This document shows, piece by piece, positions 12,613 through 25,354 of a stretch of 64,000 nucleotides of DNA (position 1 is the stretch's first letter; each line of letters opens with the position of its first letter). The stretch lies in assembly GCA_001643675.2 (NCBI GenBank), contig LSRY02000019.1, positions 1,302,001-1,366,000 of the forward strand. Reading direction: 5' to 3'. The stretch comes from Monocercomonoides exilis PA203 (Eukaryota > Protista > Preaxostyla). A model generated the notes under the pieces. It was not told the DNA's origin. It saw only the letters and a list, made by a program, of their open reading frames with translations, and did not search any database. The position numbers and the translations under genes are program-made.

Positions 12613-13239
12613 TGAGATTTTGGTTATCCGGAAAAAAATTGGTCAAGTTTCAAGAACGAAAAAATGAAGGTAATGGTTCAATATCCATTATTTTAATTTG
12701 AAGTGATCAAATGTGTGATAAATGATGTTTTGATGAAATTTAACTGATTTTAATATGACAGATTATGCATTTATTCAATAACTATTTTATTGTTTTCATA
12801 TTCTTTACAGAAGCATCTCAGTTATGAAATAAGTTACAGAAAACTGTCACAAGACAGTTCTTTTTAAAACTGCTGATTATTGAAATAAAAGAAGATATTA
12901 CTGTTATCTTTCACATGAACGGCTGCAAAAAAACTGAGATCTTCATTTGCATTAATTATTATCTATTTTCTGTCAGTTTGAATCATCGTTTTGCTAACTC
13001 TTTATTCATTTAAATTTTTGGTGAAACTTTTTCAAAATTTTATTTATTCCTTCCATCAGCAAAATGAACATCATTTATTATTATTCTTTTGAAAAACTTA
13101 ATATAGACACTTCAAAATTAAAGAAAAACAATTATTTTATTTCTTCTTCTAATTTTTTATCATTTTGTCTAATTTTCTGAAATGAAAGAGAAATCATCTT
13201 GAATATCTTCAACGAAAATAATGTTTTGTTTACACTAAA

Positions 13240-15900
13240 AAGTGAATGAAAAGGTTTTGAAAGAACAAAACATCAAATGCGAAAAAGAAAACAACACACT
13301 TATTCCTTTCATGAAGAACACTTGGCTTATCGTAAATGTCACATAACTCACAGCTATCGACAGTACACTTTCCTGCGGAACGACAGCCCCAATCGTAACA
13401 AACTCATCAATGCTCTCCACCTTCTTTTAAGTTCCAGAATGCCTCAATACCACATCCATTTCGAAACATCCATTTTGTCTCTCATTCCTGTCCCCTTCTC
13501 TCCCTTCTATGCTCTGTTCAAACCCAACTGGCTCAATCAAAAGCTCAACTCCCATTCTCAGTCCCAATTTCCCTCTCCTCATCCTCCTCAGCTCCATCAC
13601 CTTCTTTGCACTGTTATCCTTTGCTGCAATCTTCTCGTTCGTCAAATCCAGCTCATCCATTCTTTCCCTCAAGACTTATTCAAATATGCTGCACATGTGG
13701 GAAATGCGAAGATGTTCTTCTGGAACATAACAGATCAGGGGAGCAGCGTGCTCAGATTCTGCATCAATAAACTAATGTTATCTGTTTGATAAGATGAAAA
13801 ACTCTCACTGACTTATCGTTCGTTCTTCTACAGTTAGCTCCTCCAATTGAGCTTCTCCTTTTTCTTCAACAACTTCTCTTTTCAAGCATTTTGCTCAGAA
13901 ATATGTTGAGACAAAATAATGCATTCTCGATGTGAAATAAATATTTGTATGATTCCCAAAACAATTTGAAATTTGGAGAAGGCTTATTGAAAAAGGAGGA
14001 AAAATTGGAAGAATTTGGAAAACAAGACAACTTATTAAAAATTAACAACTCATTTGAAAACACGAGTGGGAATGTCAAATGATCAATATTCACACTATGC
14101 ACTCTCAAAGAACATCTGTATGTTGTTGATTGTCATCTCTTTCTCGCTTAAAACTTGTCTTAACAGTGCGAAATAAACACATGATGATGGAAAGGTGTAG
14201 TCTCCTTCTTTCTTCCAATGCCATGTTATTGTATCATGAAACAGCTCCATCCTCTTCCCGTAACACAAAGGTGACTTTAGCAGATCTCACCTTCTGCCTC
14301 GTCCATCCGCAGCTGTAGCTCCTCCGCATCCTCCAGAATCATCGCCGACTGAAACTGCTCCTGTCTCCTTTCTTCTCCACCTCCAATTGCACAGCTTCAA
14401 TTCTCCGCTTCAACCGAAACCACACCCACTCTGAGTAATGGTCGTCCAGCTTCTGCTTACAGTCTTTGCAAGCTCATTGTTTTTGGATGAGATCAAAGGC
14501 GCTCACTGGTCAACCACGTTGCATTCATCTTGCTGGTTCAAGTGCATCACGAAGTTGCTATATTACCAAGCCTCAAGAAAAAACTCCAAAGATAGTGCTC
14601 AACATCAAGATTTACGGCTTGCATCCTAGAAGATCTGCTGCCACTACACAAGTAGCGCCTGATAACAACAAGCATGAAAGACTCAACTTCATCTAACGAG
14701 ATGCCTGCTCAAGCCACAACAGATAACAATTGCAACACTGATGAAGATGAAAACTGTGTATTGCTAGTAAATATGATATCATCCAGTACCTTCCTCACCT
14801 CTTTCCACATCGCTGCTTCTGCTTGGTTATGATTTGCTAAAACAACAGAAACTCAAACGCATCAGCTACACACTTCTTTTAGTGCAGCCCTCAAACTCAC
14901 CGAAAAACATATTGATCTTTTTCAACACTGATCATTCAAGAAACATGATGCAGCATGAGAAGAACAATAACTCATCTTCAATAAACTCCTCAAGCGCAAT
15001 CTTTTCTAATAGCCTAATATCCACAAAGTTCTGCCATAACCAACAGTTCGTTAATTAATCCATGTCACTCAGTTTCATTCTTCATCTGTTCAGAGCGCTT
15101 CTCCCCTGTTCACAGAAACTTAAAAGTATCAAATACATTTCTCAGAACGTTTGCACCAGCCGACCTAGCAATGTCCTTGTCCAGGATCACTCTCATCTTG
15201 TCTGAGGATGTCCATCGGTTCGTAGGGATCGTATGCACAAGCAATGTCTATATCTCTGCCTTCAGCAGCATCGCAGCCGCTTTATCTGCACAGACGACAA
15301 CTGCTTATGCAGCTCCAAAGCACACACCTTATTTGACCCTCTCGTAACTTTTTTCTCCTTCCCCTCCAACGAAACTTCACAATCTTCTCTTTCCACGCTA
15401 TCCTGCTTTATTCGGATCTTCTCCTTCTCGATCCGCATATCAATGTGATCCTTCTTCATCATCATCAACCAGCTGCTCCTGCACCTTCATCACTTTTGCG
15501 CTTCCTTCTCATTCAGCTTTGGAATTGTCTTTTGATCCATTGGGATGATCGTGTACTTCTTCTGAAACGATTTCATCAGCAATCTTTTCATCTCAAAACA
15601 TTCGCAACAACATCAAGGACAAAGAAGACCTCTTTATCTCTTGATTAGCATCCTCGTATTTTTCTTTTTTATTTTCCTCATCCTTATTCTTCAGTTGCTG
15701 TTGTAGCTTCTGCTTCATCTTCTTCCTCCTCCCATGTCACCAGCTTATTCATTTTGCACAACATAACTGATCATCCATCCTCAGGAAAACAGCCTCCATT
15801 CCCTTTTTCACAATCTTCCACACTTCTTTCACTGCAACCACTCATCCTTTAATTCGTTGTCCTGCTTCATCATATGAAACCTCGACTGCATCGATCGAAA
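13240..15900 (-). pseudogene. Heavily decayed coiled-coil gene, paralogue of 21780..23711
   Basis: Fragmented E/K/R-rich minus-strand frames. The segment at ~15031-14890 aligns without gaps to ~22229-22088 (23/47 identical residues). Boundaries are approximate. Confidence 0.6.
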
Positions 15901-16454
15901 CACAAACAGCATTGCTGCGGACAAGCGAAGAGATGCATCAACCAGATCGAAAATCGAAGGGAAATCATTCCCATTCACTATAGATAAAAATCCTATTGAT
16001 TATTCAATTTGGCAGATAACTCCGTTATAACCGAAAAAATCGATTCTTCCATCTGAATATATTGAAAAACCCCAAAAATATTATTTCACTCGTCAGCATT
16101 CACCCCAATGCAATAGATCACTTTCCTTAAGAATAGAACCAATTTATTCCTGTCGCTCTCAATGAAATGGCTTGTTTCATTTGAAATTGATTTTATCAAA
16201 TACAAACATCATAATTATCAGGTTCCACACAACATCATAATTTTTATCTTCACCAAATCAATAACGCAGCTTTGATCAAAGAATTTGAATTGTCGTCAAA
16301 ACATAGAAATAAAAATTAACGAGAAATTCCAATTTTTGCAATTAAATTATTTGGCTTTTATATATGTTGATTATTAGTTGCTTTTTTTTGTTTAATTATG
16401 AATGTGTTCTTTTCAAATTATTTTTGAGCTTTTTTGGATTCATTGAAAGCGTCA

Positions 16455-16940
16455 AATGAAGAAAAATTGAAAAAAATGAAGAACTAAATGAGAAGTTTCT
16501 TGCTGATCTTTGCGTATGCTATCTTTTGCTTTATCGCATATTTTCTTCAGAATTGTTTTCATTTTGAATTCGCTGCCTTCTGAAAGTAACATCGTTCAAG
16601 GAGGAAAACGAAAAAGTTCAAAAGGAAAAGGAAATGACTTTGCTAACTTTGATTCACAAATGCAACTGTGAATGTAATCAACAACTCCATTATTGATATT
16701 TTTGAATTTCATTATCATTTTTTATTAGTTATTTGAAAAAGAAATTTGCATTAATGAAATCAAAGAGATTATCCAGAATCAACTGGAACAACAAAATCTG
16801 AGATAACTTGCCTTTCAGTCTATTTGAATGTGTTTATCAATAGGATTTTTCAGTTACAAAGGTTTGGAAGAAAGGATAACGAATGAACGACATTTCTCAA
16901 GATAGGCCAAGAGAGAATTGGAAGAGAAAAGAAGAGCTGA
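16455..16940 (+). pseudogene. Decayed copy of the 'LTRLAYQSAW' family
   Basis: Translates to FLADLCVCY..CLLKV..KEENEKVQKEKEMTLL, then after an intron LFEKEICINEIKEIIQNQLEQQNLR*LAFQSI*, with in-frame stops. Confidence 0.8.
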
Positions 16941-18026
16941 AGGAGGAAGTGGAATGATGAAGGTGATGTGCAGATGTTTCGATGAAATATAGTTGAATGT
17001 GCGAGTGTGGTCTGTGGATGCTGTGTCTTCGATTGCAAAGATGGCGGAGCAAGAATGAAAAGTATTTGACAGAAAAGGATGTTGACGAGGAGGAAGGGGC
17101 ACAATAAAAGACAGCGCTTGCGTTTTCGGAATCTCTGAGGAATTGTTTCGGTCTGGAAGCAGAGGCGCAGGACTCAATATCCACTAATTCTTCTGAGCCG
17201 TCATCGGATGAACGAGCAGGATACAGCGGAAGTGGCAGTGGGCTGTTTGGGGCAGGGAGTGCTGTGTGGAGGAGAAGAGGGATGGGCTGGGGAAGGGAGT
17301 GGAGAAGGGGGAAGGGAGGTGCCGGCTTGTGGATGTGAAGGTGGGAAGAAAGAGGAAGAAGGGAGGAGGAGAAGGGGTTGTGCCAGTGGTTGTGGCTGAG
17401 TGCGAGGGTGTGTGTGGTGGGGAAGATTGGCGGAGGGAGTTGCGGTGTGTGTATTCGGAGGAGTGCGGGGCGTGGCAGCCGCTTTCTGGCAGTAGGGGGT
17501 GCCTTTGGGAGGAAGCCGCATGGCGCATGGGAGGGACGGAGGCAGGGAGAGGCAGGGATGGCGGGGATGGAGGGGATGGTGAAGTGCTGGACGAGGCTGA
17601 TGCAGATGTGGCGCGGGCAGAGGAGCTGGAGCGGGAGATCCTGGGGCTGCTGCAGGCAGGGGCATGCAGAGGAAGGAAGGAGGCGGAGGAGAATGCAGCG
17701 GTGCTGGTGCATGTGCGGGTGCTGCAGAGCCAGCTGGAGCAGGATGGCAGGAAGTTTTCTTGTACAGGTGCCTTCCACTTAGGATAGTCAGACTGATGAT
17801 GAATGAACATGGCATTGTGCATGCACAAGAAAAGGGAAATGCTAAAATGTTGAGATGCTTGCTTTCTGACTATAACATGTACACCATCCAAAATACTTCT
17901 TCTCTGGAGTTACACCAGCCAGTTGCCATGTTCCAATCATTCGCTGAACATAGAGATGGAAAAGTTGAAGTGTCATTGAGAACAAATCACGCAGGAAATC
18001 ACTCTGAGGTTGTCATTTTCAAGTAA
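16940..18026 (+). pseudogene. GC-rich disrupted coding fragment of unknown family
   Basis: ORFs 17266..17787 and 17664..18026 appear to join through a frameshift near 17757 (..EQDGRKF / LYRCLPLRIVRL..). There are stops upstream. Confidence 0.45.
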
Positions 18027-19106
18027 AATAATTATTGATATTGTTTTAATTTTTCAAATATTTATTTTTTCAAATTCATGAAATTATTAAACAAAAAAGA
18101 AAACCCAAAAAAAGATTTGTGATATGCACAGTTGTAAGTTTACTGATTCGTTATGTTTGCTTTTTTAACATTTCATCTTGTTGAAATGAGCAAGAAACTT
18201 TTTTCAAAATAAAAAATAATAGTCATAAAAGAAAAAATATTAAACACAAAGAAAAAAATTTTCTTCAATCTTCCGATCTCCAAAAGTTGTGGATGAAATT
18301 TACAACCATTAAACTTTAGTGCTTTATTCGGTTTAAAGATTTATTATTATTTTTGATTGGTTTGAGAAGAAGATAATTACAAAAAAGGAAAAATCAGCAT
18401 GCTATCAAAAAAAAAGAAACAGTTTGACAATAAATAACAGTCTTTAAAAATTGCAACGTAAAAAACAAAGTCCAACATAAAAAGGATCAAAGAAAGAACT
18501 GTTAAATACTAAAAAAATTCATTTCAGACAATGAATATTTTAAAAAACTTCTTTGACAAAAATACGCCTGCAATCGAATGGACTGATCCAAGTAACTCCT
18601 TTTTTTATTAAACTTCTTATCTTTTCAATCAGTCATATTTTTTATCCAAACAATGATTTATTCGAAAGAAGTGGTAAAGACCAATAGATGCAAAGATCAA
18701 TGAATATTTACGATTTGTCTACGTCCTTCAGTTGTAACTGTTATTGAAATACACAATAATTAAAAAAAAATTTTGCCATATTTAATTACACAAACATTCC
18801 CTTATTTTTTTTCTTTTTTCAAATGAGAATTCTTTTTATTGATCATTGTTGTTTTTTTTAATAACATTTCATATATTGAAAGCCAATGCATCAGCTGGCT
18901 GTTTTATTTTTGAATCACAATTCGTTATTAACAAAATTGATTTTTCAAAAAAAACTTGAAAAGATATCAATCATTCTCTTGAGGTGAATGTGAGACAATC
19001 GAACTTTATAAAATAATTGATAATACTGTATATATCATCTCTAAATTCAATTTTTAGCGTTGTTATGAAGCAAAAATCCATCATCGAAATTTTTATTTGA
19101 AAATTT

Positions 19107-19304
19107 ATGATTTCAAAAATAATCACCCATATTTTTGAGGAAATGTATTTTTTCGAAAAACCCATTGAGATAAAAAGTTTGATCAAAACTCGAACAAAAG
19201 AATGATTTCAAAAATGATAAGCCAGTTCATTAATTGATATTCAAGAAAAATTTTTGATTAGAATTTTTTGAATGAAAAAATATGATTTCAAAAATAATCA
19301 CCCA
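19107..19304 (-). repeat. A-B-A block of the dispersed repeat family, inverted relative to 6792..7113
   Basis: Motif A reverse at 19107-19129 and 19282-19304; motif B reverse at ~19161-19223. Confidence 0.75.
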
Positions 19305-19444
19305 AATTTCTCAACAATTTTTGTGAAGTTAATACAAACATTATGTTTTATATTCACAAACATCTCACAAAACAATAACAAAAATGTTCAAAATGAAGTG
19401 AGGGGATTTTCACGTTGAAAAAAACCGACAATTTCGAGTTACAA

Positions 19445-19486
19445 ACGACCAGGCCTTCCACGACCTCCCTGGTTTTCCACCAAGGG
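19445..19486 (-). mobile_element. Solo diverged pogo-family TIR
   Basis: The reverse complement matches the TIR at 32932-32973 at 28/42 positions without gaps, including both gtggaa modules. Confidence 0.5.
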
Positions 19487-20147
19487 AATTCATTGAACAA
19501 ATTTTCATCTATTCTTCCAATAATTGTTTGAAAAAAATCTCAAAAATTGATGTCATTGCTCACTTTATTTGTTGTTTGATTCATTTCAACTCTCTTTCGA
19601 CAAATCAGCTCCTGAAATCAATCCAATTTTTTATATTTTATTGTTCATTTTCCTGTTCATTGAAAAAAGCAGCAGATAAAATAATGTTCAATACGAATAA
19701 CAACATACTAAATATATATTCCCAGTTGAAAACTTTTTTTTTTTAATTTTATGAATGTGAATCCTTGGCTGTCAAAAAGTGATAATTGTCTTTCAAAAAC
19801 AACAAACACAATTCATTGTTCACAGGCTTGTGCAATTCAGGAAAATAAGATTGTCCATATAATTCATTATACCAATTTATCTACCTTGTTTTGATATAAA
19901 AAATTTTCTTTTTTCAAACAATTGTTTGATCATAATTTCCATAATAACAAAGGTGAATTAGATAAAGAATTGTTTCCTTCATAATACCTAATCAAAAATA
20001 CTAATACAAAGAACTATGGCATGACAACTGATTTTTTCAAGACTTTTTTGTGTTTTTATTTACATCCTTTTCTTCTTTCAAAACATATGTGAATTCAATG
20101 TGAATTATAAAAATTGTGTTTTTTTCTGAATACAATGTATTTCGAAA

Positions 20148-21552
20148 ATGCAGGAGACGGACAACACAAAAAATCTAAGAGGTTTGCTTTCATTGTTGCA
20201 TTTGAATTCTTTTCTATTGCATTGTTTTCTAATTTTTTTATTTGAAGAATTGTTTTCTGAGCTTGAACATTGCGATGAGGAAGATCAGCAACAGAAAATC
20301 GACGAAATGAAAAAATTGATTGAGAAGATGGATACTAAGGAATTATTATTTATTTACACAGAAGAACAATTCAATGAAATCGGAAAAATGATTGAAAAAG
20401 AGAAATTGCATTTGGAAAATGTTCTTTTGTTTCTGAAACCGATTGGATATTGCAAAGCGTTGAACTATTTGTATATTGTTGGATTCGAAAGATCTTTGTT
20501 GAACAAAAGATTAAAAAAGATGATAATTGAAGAAGAAAAGAAAAAGGAAGGAAAGAATGAAAAGCTTTTTGTTGATCTTTGTGAATGCTGCATTTTTCTT
20601 CACTGCAATTATCCACGTATATTACTTACAATTTGTGTGCCTTGTCTTCTGAATGCTACCTTGAAGAAAGAAGAAAGCGATAAAGTTCAAAAAGAAGTGG
20701 AAATGGCTTTGCTCGCACTGAGTTGCATGAGAAAATATGTGGTATGGGAACTTCTCCTTCATTTATGATATTATTGATTTTTTCCTTATTTCTTATCAGT
20801 TTATCGAACAAGAACTTTACATCAGTGAAATCAAAGAAATCATTAAGTACCATCAAGAGCATCAGAATCTGACACGACTTGCATATCAGTCTGCTTGGCA
20901 ATTTTTGATAAGCCGATCATGCATAGACAAAAGTTTGGAAGATATGATTGTGAATGAACTGCATTTTGGAAGAGAGGCATCAGGAGAACTGGAAGAGCTT
21001 TCAAAATATGTGGATTGGAGGAGAAAAGAAGAAGAAAATGGAAGAATAGAAGTGAAAATAATCTGGAGATGGCTCTATATAATTTTAGATTTCTTTCACT
21101 CTTGCAAATTATGGAACGAGGAATGGGAATGGCTTATCCGCAGCCTTGTTCAAGTGTTTCGAGCAGCAAAGGATAATTACAGAGAAATAAGACAATTGTG
21201 CATTTATTCATTAAGAGATACAGTGGAAGACAGAGCAGTTGAAATTGATGACTTTCTGAAAGGAGGTGCCACAGATCTGTTTTCAGAGGAAACGAAGCAA
21301 TCAACTTTGGAAGATAAAATCATGTGGAATTGTTTGAATTTCTTTTTGAATATTTCAGAAAGACTGAAAGAAAAGACGCATGAGGAAGCTGACGAAGTGA
21401 AAAGAAAGGAAGTTAAAAAGAAAATGTCTGAAAAGATGGAAGAGGATGGATACGAAGACGTTATCATTAGCTTTCATGAAGTAGTTTCTTTTCGCAATAA
21501 ATATTATCGTGAATTATCAAAAAATTTAGCAGATTATTTTGTAAATGTTTGA
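20148..21552 (+). CDS. Lineage-specific helical protein of the 'LTRLAYQSAWQFL' family, 3 exons, 426 aa
   Basis: Exons 20148-20181, 20248-20741 and 20800-21552 join in frame through GT-AG introns. Paralogue of 4482..5888. Confidence 0.85.
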
Positions 21553-21779
21553 GGAAAGGAAATTCTGCGATAATTCTGTTTCTCTGAATTTCAATTTTTT
21601 TAAAAAATCATTTAACAATTCAACAAACTTTTGAGACTTTTTTTATATCTTTTTTTTCTTTATTGAAATGCAACAATACAACGATAAAAGAAAGATCTTA
21701 ATGACAGTTAATTATTTCTTTTCTTTCACCAAAGCATCCTTCAAATGATATGTTGCTTCTATCTTCTTGAAAAGCATTC

Positions 21780-23711
21780 ATTCTGAATTCTTCATTTTTT
21801 CCTTCATTACCTCGAGCTGCATCTTCTCAGCTTTTTCTGAAAGTCTATGAATTTACTGAACAGATAATGAGAAATGAGGAGAAAGAAAATAAAAAGAGTT
21901 TTCATAAGAAGAAAGTGAATGTGAAGAAAACGAAACTTTCTTTTGATGATTTGTGCGTCAATTCTTGATTCTCAACCATAAAAACCAAATTTTCTCGAAG
22001 TTCCTTTTCCTCTTCTGATTTGTTGTAATTCAATAGAAACACCAGAAACACAGACGCTTCTGCCAACCTTTTCTCCAACTGCATCATTTCAAATTCCTCA
22101 AAAAACATCTTGATCTTCTTCTCCGACGCCATTTCAAGCACCGTGTCGAAGAATTAGAAGAACAACAGCTTATCTTCATTCAACTTCTCTGGTTCAAATT
22201 CCCCAAACAGCCGAATTTCTGCAAAGTTTCCACAAGAATAGCTTCTCCGCCGTCTCTTCAGAAGACGCCTTTATTTTCATCTGCTCCCTTTTCTTTTGCG
22301 CAAGAGCTATCTGTTGCTTTTCAATCACCTCCTTGAACAGCGCCTTCTGCTCGCTAATTCTCTTCACCTAACCCTGTTCCAGAACCTGCCCCTGCCTCTG
22401 CTCCCTCGCTGTCCTCGCTCTCCACCCAACCCTGCTGCGTCTGCTGCTTCTTCTCCTTCTCAATCCCCACATCAATCAGCGCTGCCTTCTTCATCGCCAC
22501 CAGCTGCTCCTGCAGCTCCTTCACCTCTGCATTGAACTTCTGGCTCAGCTCCAGGATCTTCCTCTCCCGCATCCGGATGATCTTGTCATTCTCCTGCAGC
22601 TGCTCCGCCAGCCCGCTCGTCCGCTTCGAGATCCGCTCGTCGTCCCGGATCTTCTGCAGCAGCATGTTGAATTCCGAGTACCGCTTCTCCATCTCCTGCT
22701 TCGCCTCCTCGTGCTGCTCCTTCAGCTCCCGGATTTGGTGCCCCAGCCCCTCCTTCACCCCCGCCAGCTCCGCTACCTGCTCGCACTTCACGCACTTCTC
22801 GCTCAGCATCTGCGCTGCATTCGCCTTCGTCCTCTCCAGGTCTTCCTCCTTGTTCCTCAGCTCTTCCCGCAGCCGCTCTTCCCGCGCTGCCCCCGCCTCT
22901 TGCTCCTTCCACAGCACCCCATACACACGCGCATACTCCACCTGGATCCGGTGCAGCAGCTCTCCTTCCTCGCTGCACAGCAGCCCCAGCATCTCTTCCA
23001 CATCTCCAAGCTTCACATCGATGCACATCTGGTTGTGCATAATCTGCTCCCCTGCCCCCAGCCGGTCCATCTCCTTCGCCTCCATCAGCTCTTCAAACCG
23101 CTCCCCCAGCCGCCTCACCCCTTCCCTCGTGTACGTCACCAGCGGCCCTCGCGACTCTCTCCACATGTTCCCTTCCATCGGAATAAAATAGCTCCAGCGA
23201 CGTTTTATCGCCCCAAAGGATATTTTCCTCGACGCCAGTAGTCTCGCCAGGCTCATGAAGTAGTCGCTGTCGTCAAACTGCGACGGCGGGTTCCTGAAAT
23301 AAATACACCAAACAAAATTCAATCACATTTTTTTCATCATTCAAAGGAATTGCCACACAAATCGCCAGTCCTGTCTTCCTCCATCCCGTGTGGCTCCTTA
23401 AATGTCAATTACACAACAACTGGAACAACACAAAAATCTCAAGTCCAAAGAAGGAGACAAACTCGTCAAAAACAAAACAACAAATACACAAAGCACACAC
23501 TTATGTCAATCGCATTATCTCTTCGTATGGTGGTCAGAGACAGATCTGGCAACTTAGTCTGCTCGCCCGCAGTCCCAGAAGCGAGCTTCGCTATGCTCGA
23601 AAGCTGGAACGGCATCGAGTGCAATTGATTGCTTCTGCCCTCAAAAGGCGACCCGGCACGCTTTATCTGCGATGGAAGTTCAGTATGTGACAACTTCTTT
23701 CTGTAGTCCAT
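21780..23711 (-). pseudogene. Disrupted coiled-coil gene with an axonemal dynein light chain (p28/AXDND1)-like segment
   Basis: TREGVRRLGERFEELM..LLCSEEGELLHRIQVEY resembles the p28-domain pattern (..CxERGxLLxRI), followed by a coiled coil. The downstream part has a frameshift and stops. Probable first exon starts at ATG 23711. Confidence 0.5.
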
Positions 23712-25354
23712 GAACACACGAAACACATAAAGCTCAAAAACGGAAGCGAAAACTGCAAATAAGCTAGCAAACAAAACAATGTTGTAACACTTTATCAATT
23801 TGACAATTCTTCAAATGCCCCAGCACTGTCGTCATGCAATTGCATATGTTATTTATGCTGCAATAATTTTATCATTTTTGTTCGATTCAATTGCGTTCGT
23901 GAGATTTTTAAAGAATTTATCATGAAGATAAAAAAACTATCCATAAAATTTTGTTGCTCAAAAATGTGAAATAATCTTAATACAAAAGTGCATGTGTGTG
24001 AAATGAACACGAAGCAAGTGCAATCATAAAATACATTGAACAGCAAAAGAAAAATGCTTGCAATGAAATTGTGAGAACGATTCCCAAAACAGGCAAGACT
24101 CATTCAAAAGACACATCACAAAGAGAAGTTGAGACAACAGCTCCATCCGACGAAGCAAAAACAAACATACTGAAATAGAACGGAATGATAATTTGTTGGG
24201 AGAATAAATCACTTATTCTTTTTGTCTCGCTTGTCAAATACAACCTGCTTTGCGTTTGAATTGAAAATATCTCAACTGCTCAAAGATTCCTTCTTCTTTT
24301 CCTTAACTTTCATAACTTTCTTGCATCTTTGAATAAGTTGATGAGTGAACGTAAATCCATTTCCTCTTCCAAACTAATGCTGATGAACAATGATCCAGAA
24401 AAATTCGAAAGAATTGTTTCAATGGCATCTTCTCCATTTTGTGCTCCATAATCATCATTGTGGTTTGTTTTTTTCTTCTTCAATACATTTTCAATTTAAT
24501 TATACTTCAGACCGATTCTGTCTCCTCATTTTCCCATTTCAATCACTTTTTCCAAAGGAAATTCTCCCAGCAAATAGAAATCATCTGCTTTTTCTTGTAT
24601 AACTTCCAAAATCCCATCATTTGAAAAAAAAGTATTTTTTGAAAATATTCGAATAAAACAGAGATAACAGCACACCAATAGCAAATTTCATTCATTCCCT
24701 TCAACCTCTACAAAATGTGTCCAATTTCACTCATTTTTTTCATTTGGCCTCTTTCCCTTGAACTGAAATTCCATCTCTTTCTGCAAGAAAAACACATCAA
24801 AAATATAACCCAAATGCTCATATAATTTTGTTCCATGCATCCCATCCCTTTTGTGAAAAGTGTCCATTTCAGCCAATCGAGGCAAAAACAATCATTTATT
24901 TCAAAACATAGAAAATCTCTTCAAATAAAAATATCACAAAGAATTCACCAAAAGACATTCATTTATATGTGGTGCAGAACAGCAAAACTTTCAGCACTCA
25001 TACCTCTTCCATTCATCTATGAAACCAATCTTCACAACATTCATTTCTTTCCCAGATACCATTTCTCATTAAAATATAGCCAACAAAATTATTTGCTCTA
25101 AATCATATGTTGTTACGTCTCAGAGGTGGATATCGCTGGACGGAGAGTGACGGCTGAAATATCAGAACATCGACAAAAATGGATGAATAATTCTCTATTA
25201 TTCATCGTATCAGAAAAAAGAATTAGAAAAACAAAAAGGGTGAATATTTATCACATAATAGTTGTATGATAATCATCAAAAATTGAATGAAATATTTTTG
25301 AAGTACTCATATTAGTTTGTGATAGAAAAAAGAAAATAAAACAGTTGGAGAGGC

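Noticed and set aside
1106-19304. Motif A repeats as a CRISPR-like array
   Set aside because: Spacing is irregular, both orientations occur, there are no cas genes, and the context is eukaryotic.
23850-24800. Coding-like relic on the minus strand
   Set aside because: No consistent frame or family could be assigned.
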